64,000 nt of DNA from Chrysomallon squamiferum (taxonomy: Eukaryota > Animalia > Mollusca): positions 23,684,001-23,748,000 of the forward strand of contig CM022679.1 of NCBI GenBank assembly GCA_012295275.1. The letters run 5' to 3'. This document shows positions 1 to 13,599 of the stretch, one piece after another. How positions within the stretch are numbered: position 1 is the first letter of the stretch; the number at the start of each line of letters is the position of its first letter. The notes beneath the pieces are model-generated. The model did no database searches. It saw only the letters and a program-made list of their open reading frames with translations, and was not told the DNA's origin. A program made the translations under genes and the position numbers.

Positions 1-1143
1 AATAGATTATAATGTAGATAAAGTGAAAAGGATATGAAAATGGTATGAAAAGGATATGCTAACTAGCATGTCTTCTCAACTGTGTTTTATTTACACTATT
101 TTATGGTGGAAACAATATAAATAATATTAAGATTATTATCCCAGTGTTTTATGATTTAAAACAGCTATTAACAATTGCTATGAATACTACATTCAAGCAA
201 ATATTTTTGCCAAAAATAGCTTTGAACTTAAAATTCTGAGTTTTAGGTCATTAAAAACAATCTAAAATCAAAAATAAATATATGAAACAAGGCAACTATA
301 CTGTATTCATCAATCACTTAGAGGTTTGTTGTTTTAAAACATCCAACCTTATAAGTTTTGTAAAAAGAAGGCAATAAAGTAACAATACTTAATTTTGATG
401 GTACAGGGAATTTATTAATTTTAATATGGGTTATTTAGAACATTAAGAATTTATGGCAAAATATTTAATGTTTCATTTTCACTATCCTTAATAAATTTCT
501 AAAGTTACAAATATTTCATTTTACTTTGGGAATTGTTAAATATTTACTTCAGCTTAGCTTTCTGATAACAGATTGTATTTTCATTAACTTTTTCTTTCTG
601 TTATTTTATATTCCCAGTTAAATTCAAGTAAATTTAAAAAAAATTGAAACCACAAAAGTGAATTGTTCTTACCCTAATCAAGCTTATGTTTGATATAATG
701 ATAAACCTCCTTTGAATATTTTTATTTAATAACCAAACAACTTTTGAGCTAGTAATGAGTGCATATTGACATATTATGTAAATTTCTGTCAATGATACTT
801 TTGACATTTAAATAAATATATAACAACCTATAATCTCTGGTGTGAGAAATCCATTTTGTGTAACACTTGATCAGGAATTATTAAATAATGTTTTAATGCA
901 GGTTTTATAAGATGTCAAAGTTAAAAAAATCTAGATTATTTAATATAAAAGATTATCTTTGTTAGAATGTAAAAAAGGTGTGTACATTTCGAACAAATTT
1001 TAAAATTTAAAACAATGAGGCAATACACGGTATGATAATCTTCTTTGACAGGTTATAAATGTATTTTAAGCAGTTATTTCTACCAAAGATAACAATTAAT
1101 TTATTACTGAGCAGTTATTTACCTTTACAATTTACTATTGTAG

Positions 1144-4100
1144 GTCTTTCGCTAATTTTCTCACGTTTTTGATGGAAGTAACTGGATTGTCTGAGAAAAC
1201 GAATGAACTAGATGAATTAGCAGTGATGTTACAAAATGGTGACTTCTGGATAAAGCTACTGAAAATAAAAGGTCCGCATTCTGATCAGGTGAAGAAAAGG
1301 AAAATCTTTTCTAAAGCAAAACAGAATGTTGATATCATTACAAAGCAACTAAAGACAGAACAAATATTGATTAAGGATTTTAAGAAAATGCAAACACTGG
1401 GGAAGCAATATGACAAAAGTATTGTTATCTTCTTATGTAAAGCTACAGGACTTGCATGTCAGGTCATTGAAAGAGCTTGGTATTTATCTGAAAAAAGAAT
1501 AGATCAAATTGCAAGACAGATTGAAACTGCTTCTAAAACAGTGATGTTGTTGGATAAAGGTGTTCAGCAGGGTCAGCTTCCTGATGTCCCTCACTTAAAA
1601 AAAGCAAGAGAATACATTCAGATGCAAAAGAAAATCTTCTCAAAAGGAGAAATACCATTAAATCAGAACTTTCTGTCATCTTTGAATGAACCTGTTTTCA
1701 ATGAAACCATTAATCATGTTTTGGATTCTGAAGTCTTTTTGACTGTATCTAAGAATCATGTAAAGAAAGTTATTGACAGCTGTGAAGCAAATGTGAAATC
1801 AGTGACACCAGAACATGCCACAGAAGGAGATCATCATATCAGATTCCCTTCTTCAGTTTTATCTGTTTTGCGTGTTTTGAATGATCGCTGTATTACTGAA
1901 TATAAAGCAACATGGGAGCCTCTCTTTTCAGAAGAGGTAACATACATCTCTGAAGTAAAAACAATTGCACATGCTTCAAACATTGAAGGTGAAGTAACAT
2001 GTGTGGCAAAAATCCTGGAGAAAACTCTGCCAAAATGGATTCTTGACGCAATTAAAATGTTTCAAGAATATCATATTTATGATGAAAAAGTACAGACTCT
2101 AAGACAAGTTTTGAGTATTTTGAAAATTGAAGAAAAGAACGACAAAAGGTTTTGTCAGGCAATGGATTCATTCTATGCAATGAAAAACAGAAAACAAGAG
2201 AAAATTACATTGAAAGAGCTGTTTGCAACAAAACAAGAAATTTCTCTCATTTTAAAAAATATTGAAAGTGATTTTTTTGATATTTTGAAAGAACTAAGCA
2301 AAGCATCATCACTTGTAGAGTTTCTCAGTGAGACAGTCAAAGAAGACCTACGACAGCTAATAGATTCAGTGGAAGAACATTCAGATCAGTTTATACAAGA
2401 ATCCACAATTTCTGCACTTGTAGATGTCAAAAGATTTTTGAACCCTGTTTTGAAGAGTAAAGTTAACTTTGATAAAATGAACCTTGTTTTTGTCACTTTG
2501 GATAAAGCTGCTACAGCAAATAATAAGAAATGTCTGGCATCTAAAATTAATGACTGCAGTGTAAATGTTCATGGTTTGAAATCTCTTTATAAGTATGTGG
2601 CCAATAGAGGTGAACTAACCAAAGATATAATTAGCAAAGCAGTTAACCAAGATGACACAAAATTTATTTTTCAGCTTGATAAGAATGGGAGCTGTGAGTT
2701 AAAAATGAAATACCGTAATCAAAATAAGAAAACTGTTCAGTCAAAAGCTGACCTTGATGATCTTCGAAGCCGTGCTCTTCTACTTGTTAATACAGAAACT
2801 CAAACAGCAGGAAAGGACCAAAGTACCAAAAAGGCAAAACTGCAAAAGGATTTAAATAAGTTTGTTGAAAATTTGGATAGTGCAATGTTTGTTGTCATGT
2901 GGTTAGAAAAACTAGCACAGTATGGCCACCCTGAATATGTTCTGAAACAACAAGAATTATGTCTTGGGTTCAGTCATTTATGTCCTAAAATAGAAAACCT
3001 TCAAGTGATGTTCACAGAATGGACTGAGATTTTGGATGAAACACGAGATAAATATTTTTGGTTAAACTGGTTTTTTCCTGAACAACTCTTCATGATTAAA
3101 GATTTCTTTGAAAATGGATTACATCATAAAGAGGTGTCTGCTTTATTTGAATACATTGGCTGTGGCACTGACTGGCTTGATGAGGCCAGAATTATCTTTA
3201 AAAAAATGGATGACGATGAATTAAATAACAAATTTTCTTTACCTTTGATTGGAAAAACATTATCTGATGCTTTGCAAAATGTCCAATTTAAACCAAAAAG
3301 ATTTCCACAAACAAAAGAAAAAAGAGAATCCACGCTGTGTAACATTACAGATGTTGTCCAAGAAGGTAAACTATTCATTGCAGCTTTGGAGGATACAAAC
3401 AAAATGGTTATTCCAACACTTCTGGCACTTTACAGAAATACAACAGGGTTTCTTCCAATGCCTCATCAATTATTGTTTTGCAGTGATGAAACAAAATGGG
3501 AACATCTTCAACTTTTTTTGAAACGATGTCTTTTGTCTGATGGGCCAGGATTTGGAAAGCAGTTATATTGTATTGTTGGTGTAGAAAAGCTGACAAATGA
3601 AATACAGTTTAAACTTGTAGATGAACTGCAGTTTATGTTACAAAAATATATTCCATATCTGGCAATGACCTGTCAAGGAGGAACTCACCATCCATTTTTA
3701 GATCACTTTGATGCATATGTACATCATGTAAAGCCAATGAGACAAAGTGAAATTGAATCTTGTTTCAAATGTCACTGGCCAGATGTAAGGGTTGTTACTT
3801 CTGATGTTGCAGGTCAGGGAAAAACAGAATATATTTATAATAAAGCAGATTCTGAAAATATGGGAATATGCTCAGTTCATATCAATGGAGATATCAGTGC
3901 TAAGAAACTAATAGCTAGAATATCAAAACTGAAGATCTTACCACATCATGTACTTCACATTGATATTGGAATGGTTTCCAATCCATTTGATTTGGATCTT
4001 CTTCTTTTTCAGATGATCATTTTAGGATTTGTTGTTGATGGGTCATCTCTTTTACAGCTACAAAAAAAGCATATCAGTATTGAAGTGGCCAATTCAATTA

Positions 4101-7100
4101 ACCATTTTCTTCAAAATTCTTTGCAGACACTAATGTATTTTTCAAACCATCATCTGAAATGGGAAGATTTTACAAATTTTAGTATATCAAAGGAGATCTG
4201 CAGCCCTGTGCAAGTTGTATGTTCTTACTTAAAACTAAAAGATGAGGAAAAGTTAGATTCTGAAGACCTCTGTTTCTATGGAGAAAACAGTGTGGATTGT
4301 TTGCCTTCTGAGAAATGTCAACATTTGCTGCAGAAATACTTTCCATTACAGTCTGATTTGTCATTCTCAGTTGTGAACATTTTCCTTTCTGTTCTAGCTG
4401 ACCAACTAAAGAAATTGTCGTGTAGTATATTTTTCAAAACATCTAATCTTCAGCAAATGCTTGGTGAAGAATCGACCAATGTAAAGTCAAAACTGATAGA
4501 TGCACTGATTGAATTTTCTGCCGAATTTTCCATGAGGTCTGTTCAAGCTTGCAGAGATGATCAAGCTGCAAATTTTTCACAAACATTTTCTGCACCAGCA
4601 ATGATAAAAAGAGTTGAAAGTATGATTCAGTGGACACAAAGCAACCATCTGATTGTTGCATTTCATAATTCAGACATTCAGACAGTGTCTGCTCTTTACA
4701 GAGAAAAATCATGTATTCCAGAACATATTAGTTATTTGTTTGAAACACAGGTCAAAAAGCAACTGCCTGATATTTCATCTCTTGATCAAAAACAGCTCCA
4801 AGAAATTCTTCAAAGAGTTGCCCGATCAAGGCAAGATCCTATACCTGAAGAGATCCTTTCACAAGAAGTGCATGATTATGCTTTAACTCCTGATAATCTA
4901 CTAAAAATGATTCTTATTATACTTCGAGTAAAAGCACATATACCTGTTATTATCATGGGTGAAACTGGATGTGGTAAAACATGTTTGATACGGTATTTAG
5001 CCATCATATGTGGTGTCAAACTTCATGTGCAAAACATCCATGCAGGTATAGAAGAGTCTACCATAATTGAGAGAGTAATGGCTGCTAATGAAGAAGCTAA
5101 AGCAAATCTAAAAGAACCAGTCTGGATGTTTCTTGATGAAATAAATACTTGTAATCATTTAGGATTAATTAACAACATCATTTGTCATCATATATGTCAA
5201 GAGAAATTCTTAGCACCAAACCTTGTTTTGATGGCAGCCTGCAATCCATATAGATTACGTAATATGGAGTCTATCTTGACAGCTGGCTTAACAACAAAAG
5301 TAAAAACTGATGAACTGGCAAAACTTGTGTACAGAGTGAATCCACTACCTGAATCAATGCTTGATTATGTCTGGGATTATGGCCACTTATCTGAGAAAGA
5401 TGAAAATGCATATATTGAAAGAATGGTTGAGAAGACAGTTGCAAATCATTTGGTTATGTTACTAGTGGAACTTCTTGTCATATCACAACATTTTATGAAA
5501 ACCACTTTGCAAAATGTATCTTGTGTAAGTCTACGAGATATCAGTCGTTGCAGAAGGCTCATCAGTTGGTTCAAATCTGCATTGAAATCAAAGCATAAGA
5601 TACCTAATGAACAGTGTGAAATTGAATCCATAATCTTGGCCTTGGCTCACTCATACCATTCACGTCTGGCTAATAATAATGAAAGACAACAATACAGGAA
5701 AAAGATATCTGAATTATTTGAGGAACATGAAATTCCTGGTTTTGGTTCAGAACAAGATATTCTTCATGTTATTCAGTTTGAGCAAAAAGATATTTTGGAC
5801 CGAATGGACATCCCTCAAGGTACTGCAAAAAATACTGCCTTGCTGGAAAATGTTTTTGTCATCATGGTGTGTATTTTGAATCGAATTCCAGTTTTTGTTG
5901 TTGGGAAGCCTGGTTGTAGCAAGTCCCTCTCCTTGCAGTTAATTAAAAGCAACCTGAGAGGCAAAGATTCAGAAAATGAATACTTCAAGTCTTTGCCTCA
6001 GCTGTTTTGTGTTTCTTATCAAGGATCAGAATCTTCAACATCTGATGGTATTATTAAAGTTTTTGATAAAGCTAAACGATACCTAAGTCAAGAAAGTGAT
6101 GTCTTGCCAGTTGTTATTCTTGATGAAATTGGCCTAGCTGAAATTTCAAGGTTCAATCCTCTTAAAGTTTTGCACAGTTTACTTGAGCCAGGAGATTCAG
6201 AAATACCTGATGTTGCTGTTGTAGGAATTTCAAACTGGGCTTTAGATGCAGCTAAAATGAACCGAGCCATACACCTTTCCAGGCCAGATATGGATTTAGA
6301 TGAACTCTACATGACTGGGATATCAATTAGTGAGGACTCGTTTAAAGATGAAACATCAACAAGATCTTTGCTCAGTAAAAATGTCACAACTGATTCAGTT
6401 TTTTCTGGCTTAGATGAACGTTTGTTAACAGCCATAGCAAAAGCTTATGAATCTTACACAGCAAAACAACATTTCCCAAATTTTCATGGATTGCGAGACT
6501 ATTATTCTTTGATAAAATATGTTTCAAAAGAGTTAAAGAAATTGCCCAGTAAGGAGAGATATTCTTCAAGAAAAGGAACCATTATGCTAAGGGGATTGCT
6601 GCGCAATTTTGGAGGTCTTCCATCTGGAACAAACCCAGTTGTAGATATTTACAAGGAACATTTAGCTGAAATTGGTATTGATCATGAGGAGGAAGTCGAA
6701 GTAGATCATGCAAACAATATTACATCACTGATTAAAGAAAATATCTGTGACCTTAACGCAAGGCATCTTTTGCTTAGTACTTGTGGTGATTCATCACTGA
6801 ACATTATTGAATCACTGCTTCAGGAAATAGATAGAGATTATGAACTGATCATGGGTAGTCAGTTTGATGAAGATCTCACAGATGACTACAATTACAGAAT
6901 TCTCAGTAGAATCATTCTGTGTATGGAGCAAGGTATTGTTTTGATTTTGAAAGATCTTGACAACATCTATGGCAGTCTCTATGATATGCTTAATCAGAAC
7001 TACACTATTGTTGGAAAGAAAAAGAACTGCCGAGTTGCCCTTGGTGCTTACAGTAATCCTCTGTGTCATGTTCATGATAACTTCAGATGCATAGTACTTG

Positions 7101-10100
7101 TTGAAGAGGGAAAACTTAACATGTCAGATCCTCCTTTCTTGAACAGATTTGAAAAGCAGAATGTTCGAATAGCAGATATTTTGACATCAAATGAAAGCAG
7201 GCTTGTTAAAGAATTAGATGTTTGGCTTGAAAAACTCACTTCTGTGGAAAATTTTCCACAGTTAAACAAACTTGATTTTATTCCAATCTTTACACCAGAT
7301 ATGCTGGCTAGCCTTGTTCGTAGTATTGCAGCAGAAGATAACAGAGCAGATGCAGAATATGAAAGTGCTGCAGACAAGATGCTTTGTAAGTGTAAAGACA
7401 TACTCTTGCATGTATGTTCTCCTGAAGGCATAGTCCGAATTGAAAGATCACACTTGGCTAATGACTGGTCTAGTAATGAATTGAAAAATCAATATTTTTC
7501 ACTACCACTGCATGTTGGTTTAGGAAATTATGTAAAGACGTTCCTTGAAAAAAATCATTATGGTGGTCACAAACTTTTAGTATTTACCCACAGCAACTTG
7601 CATACTGACATAGGAAACTGCCTGGAATGTGTTTCTTCTCACTGTCAGATTGAGAAACTCAGTTCATTCAAGTCAGAAAAACAACTGTCAAATAGAATGT
7701 GTCATTTTTGGCAGGAAACTGAAAGTGATTGGTTGGTTATTAAGTGCTCTCCACAATTGGACATGATGAATTTTCTTTTGATGAAATCAATTGTTGAAAA
7801 AAACATGACTGAATTTATGAAAAATGAAGGCACTAAATGTACAAAAAATACCCTTATCATCTTGCATTTAGAAAGACAACATAAAAACATCTCTTTAGGA
7901 TCAATAAACTTTCTAAGTGGTTGGCAACTTGCATTTGTAGATGAACTCTGTGAATTTGAAAGACCACTGACAAGCTTTTTGGAGAAAACGGTAGAACAAC
8001 TTATTGATGAGCAGAGACCACTGACCTCGTTTATTTCAAGACACATATTCTGGGCATTTTCATGCATTGGATACACCAGTTCTGAGCGTTCTTTAGACAG
8101 CATCACAAACATCGTTAATGAACTTTCATCAAATGAAGAACTGTTGGAAATCATTGAAGAGCTGACTCTGAAATTTGTTCATGAATGTTGCTCAGGTTTA
8201 AATAAGCAAAACTGGCAAATAGATGTTGCATGTACAACAATAAAACTTTTTAATGCTTCTACTTTCCATGGTGCCCTTGAGCAAGAAATTAATGACTGTC
8301 TTAAGCCTGCTTTGGCAGCTATTGTGTACAAAATTGAATTGAAAAATGCATGGGATATATTGATTTTTGCTGCAAATGACAAAGAACTTCTGAATGTGTG
8401 GAAAGAACATGCATTTAACAACAAAATAATCAGCATCACAGACATTCCTCCTCCTTCTAGTCCTCAGTGCTATGTCTGTCCTCTGTTGGTAACATCATTT
8501 CAGTATCCTTTCATCCTTTACTTTTTGGAAAACATTTCAAATCTTCAAAACTTATTCTTGGAGAAATTGAAATCTTTCAAAGCAGATCTCAACATTGATG
8601 ATGATAATGATGAAGATGATGACAATAATGAAATTATTAAAGATCACATGAGTGCTGAATTTAAAGATATTATTCAGATAACAGCATCAGAGCTTTTTGA
8701 GCATCAGAATGTTCTTCTAAACTCAGATGATTATTTTAAAGACTTTTGTGTTTACATTGCTGCATGTAAGAAGACTCAAATGTCTAATGAACAGAAACAG
8801 AAAATAATAATGCTTGCACTGAGACCATCATTATCTCATATGAATGCAACATTCATTGAAGCTGTCACTGAAATACATATTGTGTATTGGCTTCAAGAAG
8901 CATATATTACAGCATTACTGAATTTAGTGGATTCTTGTCTTCAAGTAACAAATGAAACATTTGAAAATGTATTGGAAGCATGTTTTAAAGATGATGAAGA
9001 AGAGAAAATATCAGACTTAGTTGAGAATACAACTGACACAAGTGAGAAAATATCAGACTTAGTTGAGAATACAACTGATACAAGTGAAAAAATATTAGAC
9101 TTAGTTGAGAATACAATTGAAACAAGTGAGAAAATATCAGACTTAGTTGAGAATGAAACAGATACAAGTGAGAAAATATCAGACTTAGTTGAGAATAAAC
9201 CTAAAAGAAATTTCAGGAATATACAAGATTCCAAGTGCAGATTAGTTACTTACTGTTGTAATCTAATGATACCATCAAAATGCATGGATTCCACTTTTTC
9301 TGTTGTTAATTGGCAGCAACGTGTCAGTTTGGTTTTATCTCTCTCTAGTGAAGTGTCTCTAGAGCCAAGTGTTATACACTGTCTTAGAGTCTGTAATGAC
9401 TTTGCTTGTTTGATTGTCATTCCAAACAACTTGCCAAGCACCTTTCTGTTGGAGCTTGGTGAAAACATCTTAGCAAAAGGACTTACTTCAGAAGACTTTT
9501 TCCATTACATCATTGCTGTTCTTGAGAACATTAAAAAAAATTCTGCAGACATGGAAAAAAGTCTTCAGCATTTTCTAACATGCTATTTGAGTTCTTGTAT
9601 GTCAGTTGATCCTGATCTTCCAGTACTGGAATGGATATTTAAAAAACTGAAGGAAGGTATAATTGATCAAACTCTTTGCTTTTTTGGTCCAGTTTTGCAT
9701 CAGGCATTAATGACAGAAGTTTATACTGGATTAAATATCTTGAGTATCAAAGAGAATGAACTTGTTCAAATCATAGATAATATCTTAACTGACTTCACTG
9801 AAATAGCTAATGGGCCCTCAGTTTTTGCTGCTTTAACAACTGACATGATTCTCCAATTCTATATTATGCGTGTTAATTTTTTCAAAGGAAATCAAGAAAG
9901 TAAAACAGCTCTAATGAAAGAAATGCAGAAATCTTTAACAGTTCTTTTAGATGACTCTTCACTAACTTTTTGCACTCTTGTTGCCATAGCTTTTCTTAAG
10001 GAAATCATTACTGGATATTCACATATTCTGACTAGCACAAAAATTGATTTTGAAACTGTTTCACATGAGTTGCAGCAGGTTGAAAGTATTTTCAAATTTC

Positions 10101-12949
10101 AAGGAAATGGTGAAATTACATCCAACAGAAATGAGAAAATAAAAGCTATGCAAAACATGCTTATTCAGTTACTTGTAAAGGGCAATGGATTGAAAGGTTT
10201 TGACCATGTTAAACAGTCGCTGTTTTGCACATTTGAATTTATAGAGGCTATTAACATTGATGTGGAACAAAGAATTCTATCTTTTGAACACAATCCATGC
10301 AATCAGCACAGTGAAAAAGACATTACTGCATTTTGCTCCATAGAGATAAGCCCAGAAGAGATCAGTATTTTACTGAAGAATGCTGCAGCCAATTCTGAAA
10401 TTATGTTAAAGCTGTATTCTTTATTAATTCAGCAAAGATATCTTCTGCAAGTTGTTCATCTTCCTACGTTACAAGAAAACCAAGTTTCCAAACTTTTCAT
10501 AAACATTGCTGAAGAATGTTCTATTTCTGAGAATCAGATCAAACTTCTGAAATGTCTGAGTTTAACAGAGGAATTTGAATTCCCTCTATTACAAATTAGT
10601 CCATCATCAGACAGTGAAAGTTTGAGTATTGCATCTGTTCTAGTCCATCTCTTCAGCCTAATTCTTGCAGATGTTAGTAACTATAGATTTGAATGCAATT
10701 CAGTTTTGCTTAAATGTCTAGAAAATCCTGATGCATTAAATAAAGAATATTTGTTTTCATGCCCTGATAAAGATGCATTAAAAACCACTGCAACTGCTGT
10801 ATCAAATGGAGACAATTCTGTAACATTTTTTCATTGTTCTTGCACATTTGTAACTGCAGTATCTAATGCTGGCAATAAATCTGTTAAGTCTTATAGCTGT
10901 TCTGTTTGTAATAGAAACTGCTATTCAGGATGTGAAAAAACTATTAGCATCAGAGAAAATGTTAGAGGCAGTCAGGGATATTCTTGTTTCGAAAATGACA
11001 AGCTAACAAATCATTTACTTTCTGTAAGAAGACTCTCTCCAATAGCATACCGTGTGTTGAATTTCTTTCTTCATGGATGTCTAGCTGGATCACTGGCATT
11101 GAACTGCAGTAACTCAGATGATCTTTCGAGTGTGTTGAAAACATCTAGCGTTGTTGATCATCTAAAAGAACATTTACAGTCACACTGGAAAGCACTGAAA
11201 ACATTGACTCTCTTTGGAGATTCTCAGCTTTGCAAGTTTTTGCATGCTGTCATAGATGATCATAAAGATTTACTGCTGCAAAACCTGTTTATGAATGAAG
11301 ATGAAAGAGAAAGTTTTGAACAAAAATTTGACAGAGAAATAGTTCAGCTTGTCAAAAATAGATATACTTTAATTGAAGAGAAATTGGTTACTTACTCTGA
11401 CTCAGTTGTTCACAATGTTGCTACAGAGTTGGAGAAAACATTAGAAAATATTCATTTTGGAAGTGAGACTGCAAAGGCTCTTGCAGTGCTATTTAGAATT
11501 ACAAACACACCAAGCATTGAGAACATGGAAATTGAATTTTTAAACAGGAAAATGGGAGAGCAATATCCTTTTCTAGGGTTAGTGTTTGAAAAACAAATTC
11601 AACTTGATTTGCTCTCTCATTTACTTCCATTGGTTAAATGGCACATGTGCACAGTCCGATTTATGAGCCACAGAATAAAGAAATGTAATGTTTCTAAAAC
11701 TACTCTGGAAGCATTTATTTATAAATCTGAACTACAAGAGAATGAAGGTTCAAAACAAATGTTGCTGAAAACATATGACACTTTCATTAAGTCATGGAAT
11801 AAGTTGAGAGATCATTTAAGACTTCTTCAAAAGTACAATTCTGACATTGCTGAAATGGAAAGGATAAACAAAGAAAGTAATTTGTCTGAAATACTTATTA
11901 TGGGTGACACATCTCCACTTTACCAGGTAATGAAAGCTCTTGAAAAAATGCACAATGAATTGCTTGATGATTCCATAATAATCAGCTTATGCATGAAATG
12001 CCTCTCTACAAGTTTCTTGATTAAAAATACAGATCATACAAGTGAAGTCTCTGTTCTTCCATGTCTTAATCTTGAGAACATAACAGAAAAAGACATTATT
12101 TCTAATCCTCTTGATGAAGATTTGTTAAAGTTTTCTCAGTGTAATACAAACCCTGGTTGTGGACTTCAAAGAGAATATGACTTCTATCAGATTGAAATGC
12201 AAGTTGCAGATAAATGCCTGATAAATAAGCCATACATAAAGATCCAGACAAACTTTCCTCAAGTAATCTTTTCTGGGGAAATGCTCCAAAAATCAAAAAC
12301 TATGTTTCACAAAATACGTCAGATTGTGGCCCAAAAACCACTAAACAAAGAAACAGAAAGATCAGTTTTGCAATTTAAAGAAAATAATTCAGTGAATCTA
12401 CAAGGACTTTTGAATTACCTGGAAATGGCTTTCAATCTTCTGACAAGAGAGCATGTATTAATACAGGATGTTGATCAGGTCCTCACAGACTTTCTTCAGC
12501 AGTGGAAATCTCTGATATCAGTTGTTGAAAATCCAGCTGTAATCACATTTTGTTCTAAAGTGCATATTTGTCATATTATTGCACTCTATGAATTTGTTGA
12601 ACTTTTGATGGCTGATGTTGTTCTTGAGTCTTTAGAAGAGAAATATAATAAACAAATTCCAACTGAAGCTTGTGACCATTTTGAAATGTGTATTAATAAA
12701 GCATCCACTGAATTCCTTGAAACTTTTGTTCATGCTCTGAAAAGATTTGCCTTTAGATATCTCTCTGCTTCTAATGTAAATGCCTCTGAGAAACTTGCAC
12801 CATATCTAATGGACTCAACATTATGGCCAGGCGGCACTGTTCCAAAGGAGCCTTGTCCAGGAATAAATACAATTGCAGATATTGTGTCACCCTCACTGGC
12901 AGTTGAAAATACAATGAAGATCATTCAGTTTGTTGAGAAAACACTTGAG
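1144..12949 (+). CDS. RNF213: RNF213/mysterin-like giant AAA+ ATPase, single ~11.8 kb internal coding exon; gene 5' end lies upstream of the window
   Basis: 3931-aa ORF. Acceptor tttactattgtag|G at 1143/1144 and donor GAG|GTTAGT at 12949/12950. P-loop motifs SDVAGQGKT (~3800-3826), GETGCGKT (4958-4981) with FLDEIN, and GKPGCSKS (5903-5926) with ILDEIGLAE. Also AACNPYR, LVYRVNPLP, ISNWALDAAKMNRA, GLRDYYSLIK, LYDMLNQNY and PPFLNRFEKQ, all characteristic of the RNF213 dynein-like core (recognised from memory). Orthologue versus paralogue status is unresolved. Confidence 0.93.
9002..9196 (+). repeat. In-frame coding minisatellite, 42 bp x ~4.6 (EKISDLVENTTDTS)
   Basis: Units start at 9002, 9044, 9086, 9128 and 9170 (partial) and are near-identical at the DNA level. 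Confidence 0.95.
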
Positions 12950-13488
12950 GTTAGTACATCTTAGTCTGTATCCAATTAAACATATGATATATATATTCTT
13001 CAATCCAAACCTGTTACAAAATGTTATATTTTTTCATTAAAATCATGCTTCAGTAGTTTCATTTTGTTTAACTGTAAATAGTTATAATAGCAATTTGTGT
13101 TGAACATGGCAAAGGTTTTGGTTTATTACTAACTTTTCCCAATTCTTTCATTAAATTGAATTAAATGTTGATGGTTTGCAGTAACTATTCATGTTGATTT
13201 ATGGTTTCTTATTTTTAATTATCTAGTTTAAAATTAACTTATTAAGTGTGCCTGAAGAAGCGAGTACACCACTTAAAAAATGATTTAATAGTTCAGTTAA
13301 ATCACTGATACAAAAGAGCATTCTATTTAGAATTTTTGAATTCTGTTTAGATGAAAAATCAAATTAATATAATTACCCTTTTTACATACATACATACATA
13401 CATATATATAGAACTTTATATATTTTCTTTTTTTCTTTTCTCTCTCCTCATTATTATCAGTTGTACATTTTTTTTCGTCAAAATACAG

Positions 13489-13599
13489 AATAAGACAAAT
13501 AAGCTTGCAGCAGCAAGTTCCAGACTTGTATTCCAAGCTGACAGGTTGCTAAGCAGACGTCAAGCAACTAAAATTTCAAAACATTTCAGAAAAAAATGA
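13489..13599 (+). CDS. Probable terminal coding exon of the RNF213-like gene (NKTNKLAAASSRLVFQADRLLSRRQATKISKHFRKK*)
   Basis: Pyrimidine tract plus tacag| at 13488. Phase 0 matches the 12949 donor and the frame is open to TGA 13597-13599. A possible 3'UTR intron follows (AAG|GTACC 13618 to ttttttacag 14225). Confidence 0.7.
   Translation, partial: NKTNKLAAASSRLVFQADRLLSRRQATKISKHFRKK

Noticed and set aside
2381-12924. Many 60-150 aa antisense or off-frame ORFs inside the RNF213-like exon
   Set aside because: These are shadow ORFs of a long coding frame, with no motifs or independent gene signals.
1169-12964. ORF-track start (TTG 1169) and stop (12964) as true protein termini
   Set aside because: A splice acceptor at 1143 and a donor at 12950 indicate an internal exon; the final VSTS* is intron read-through.
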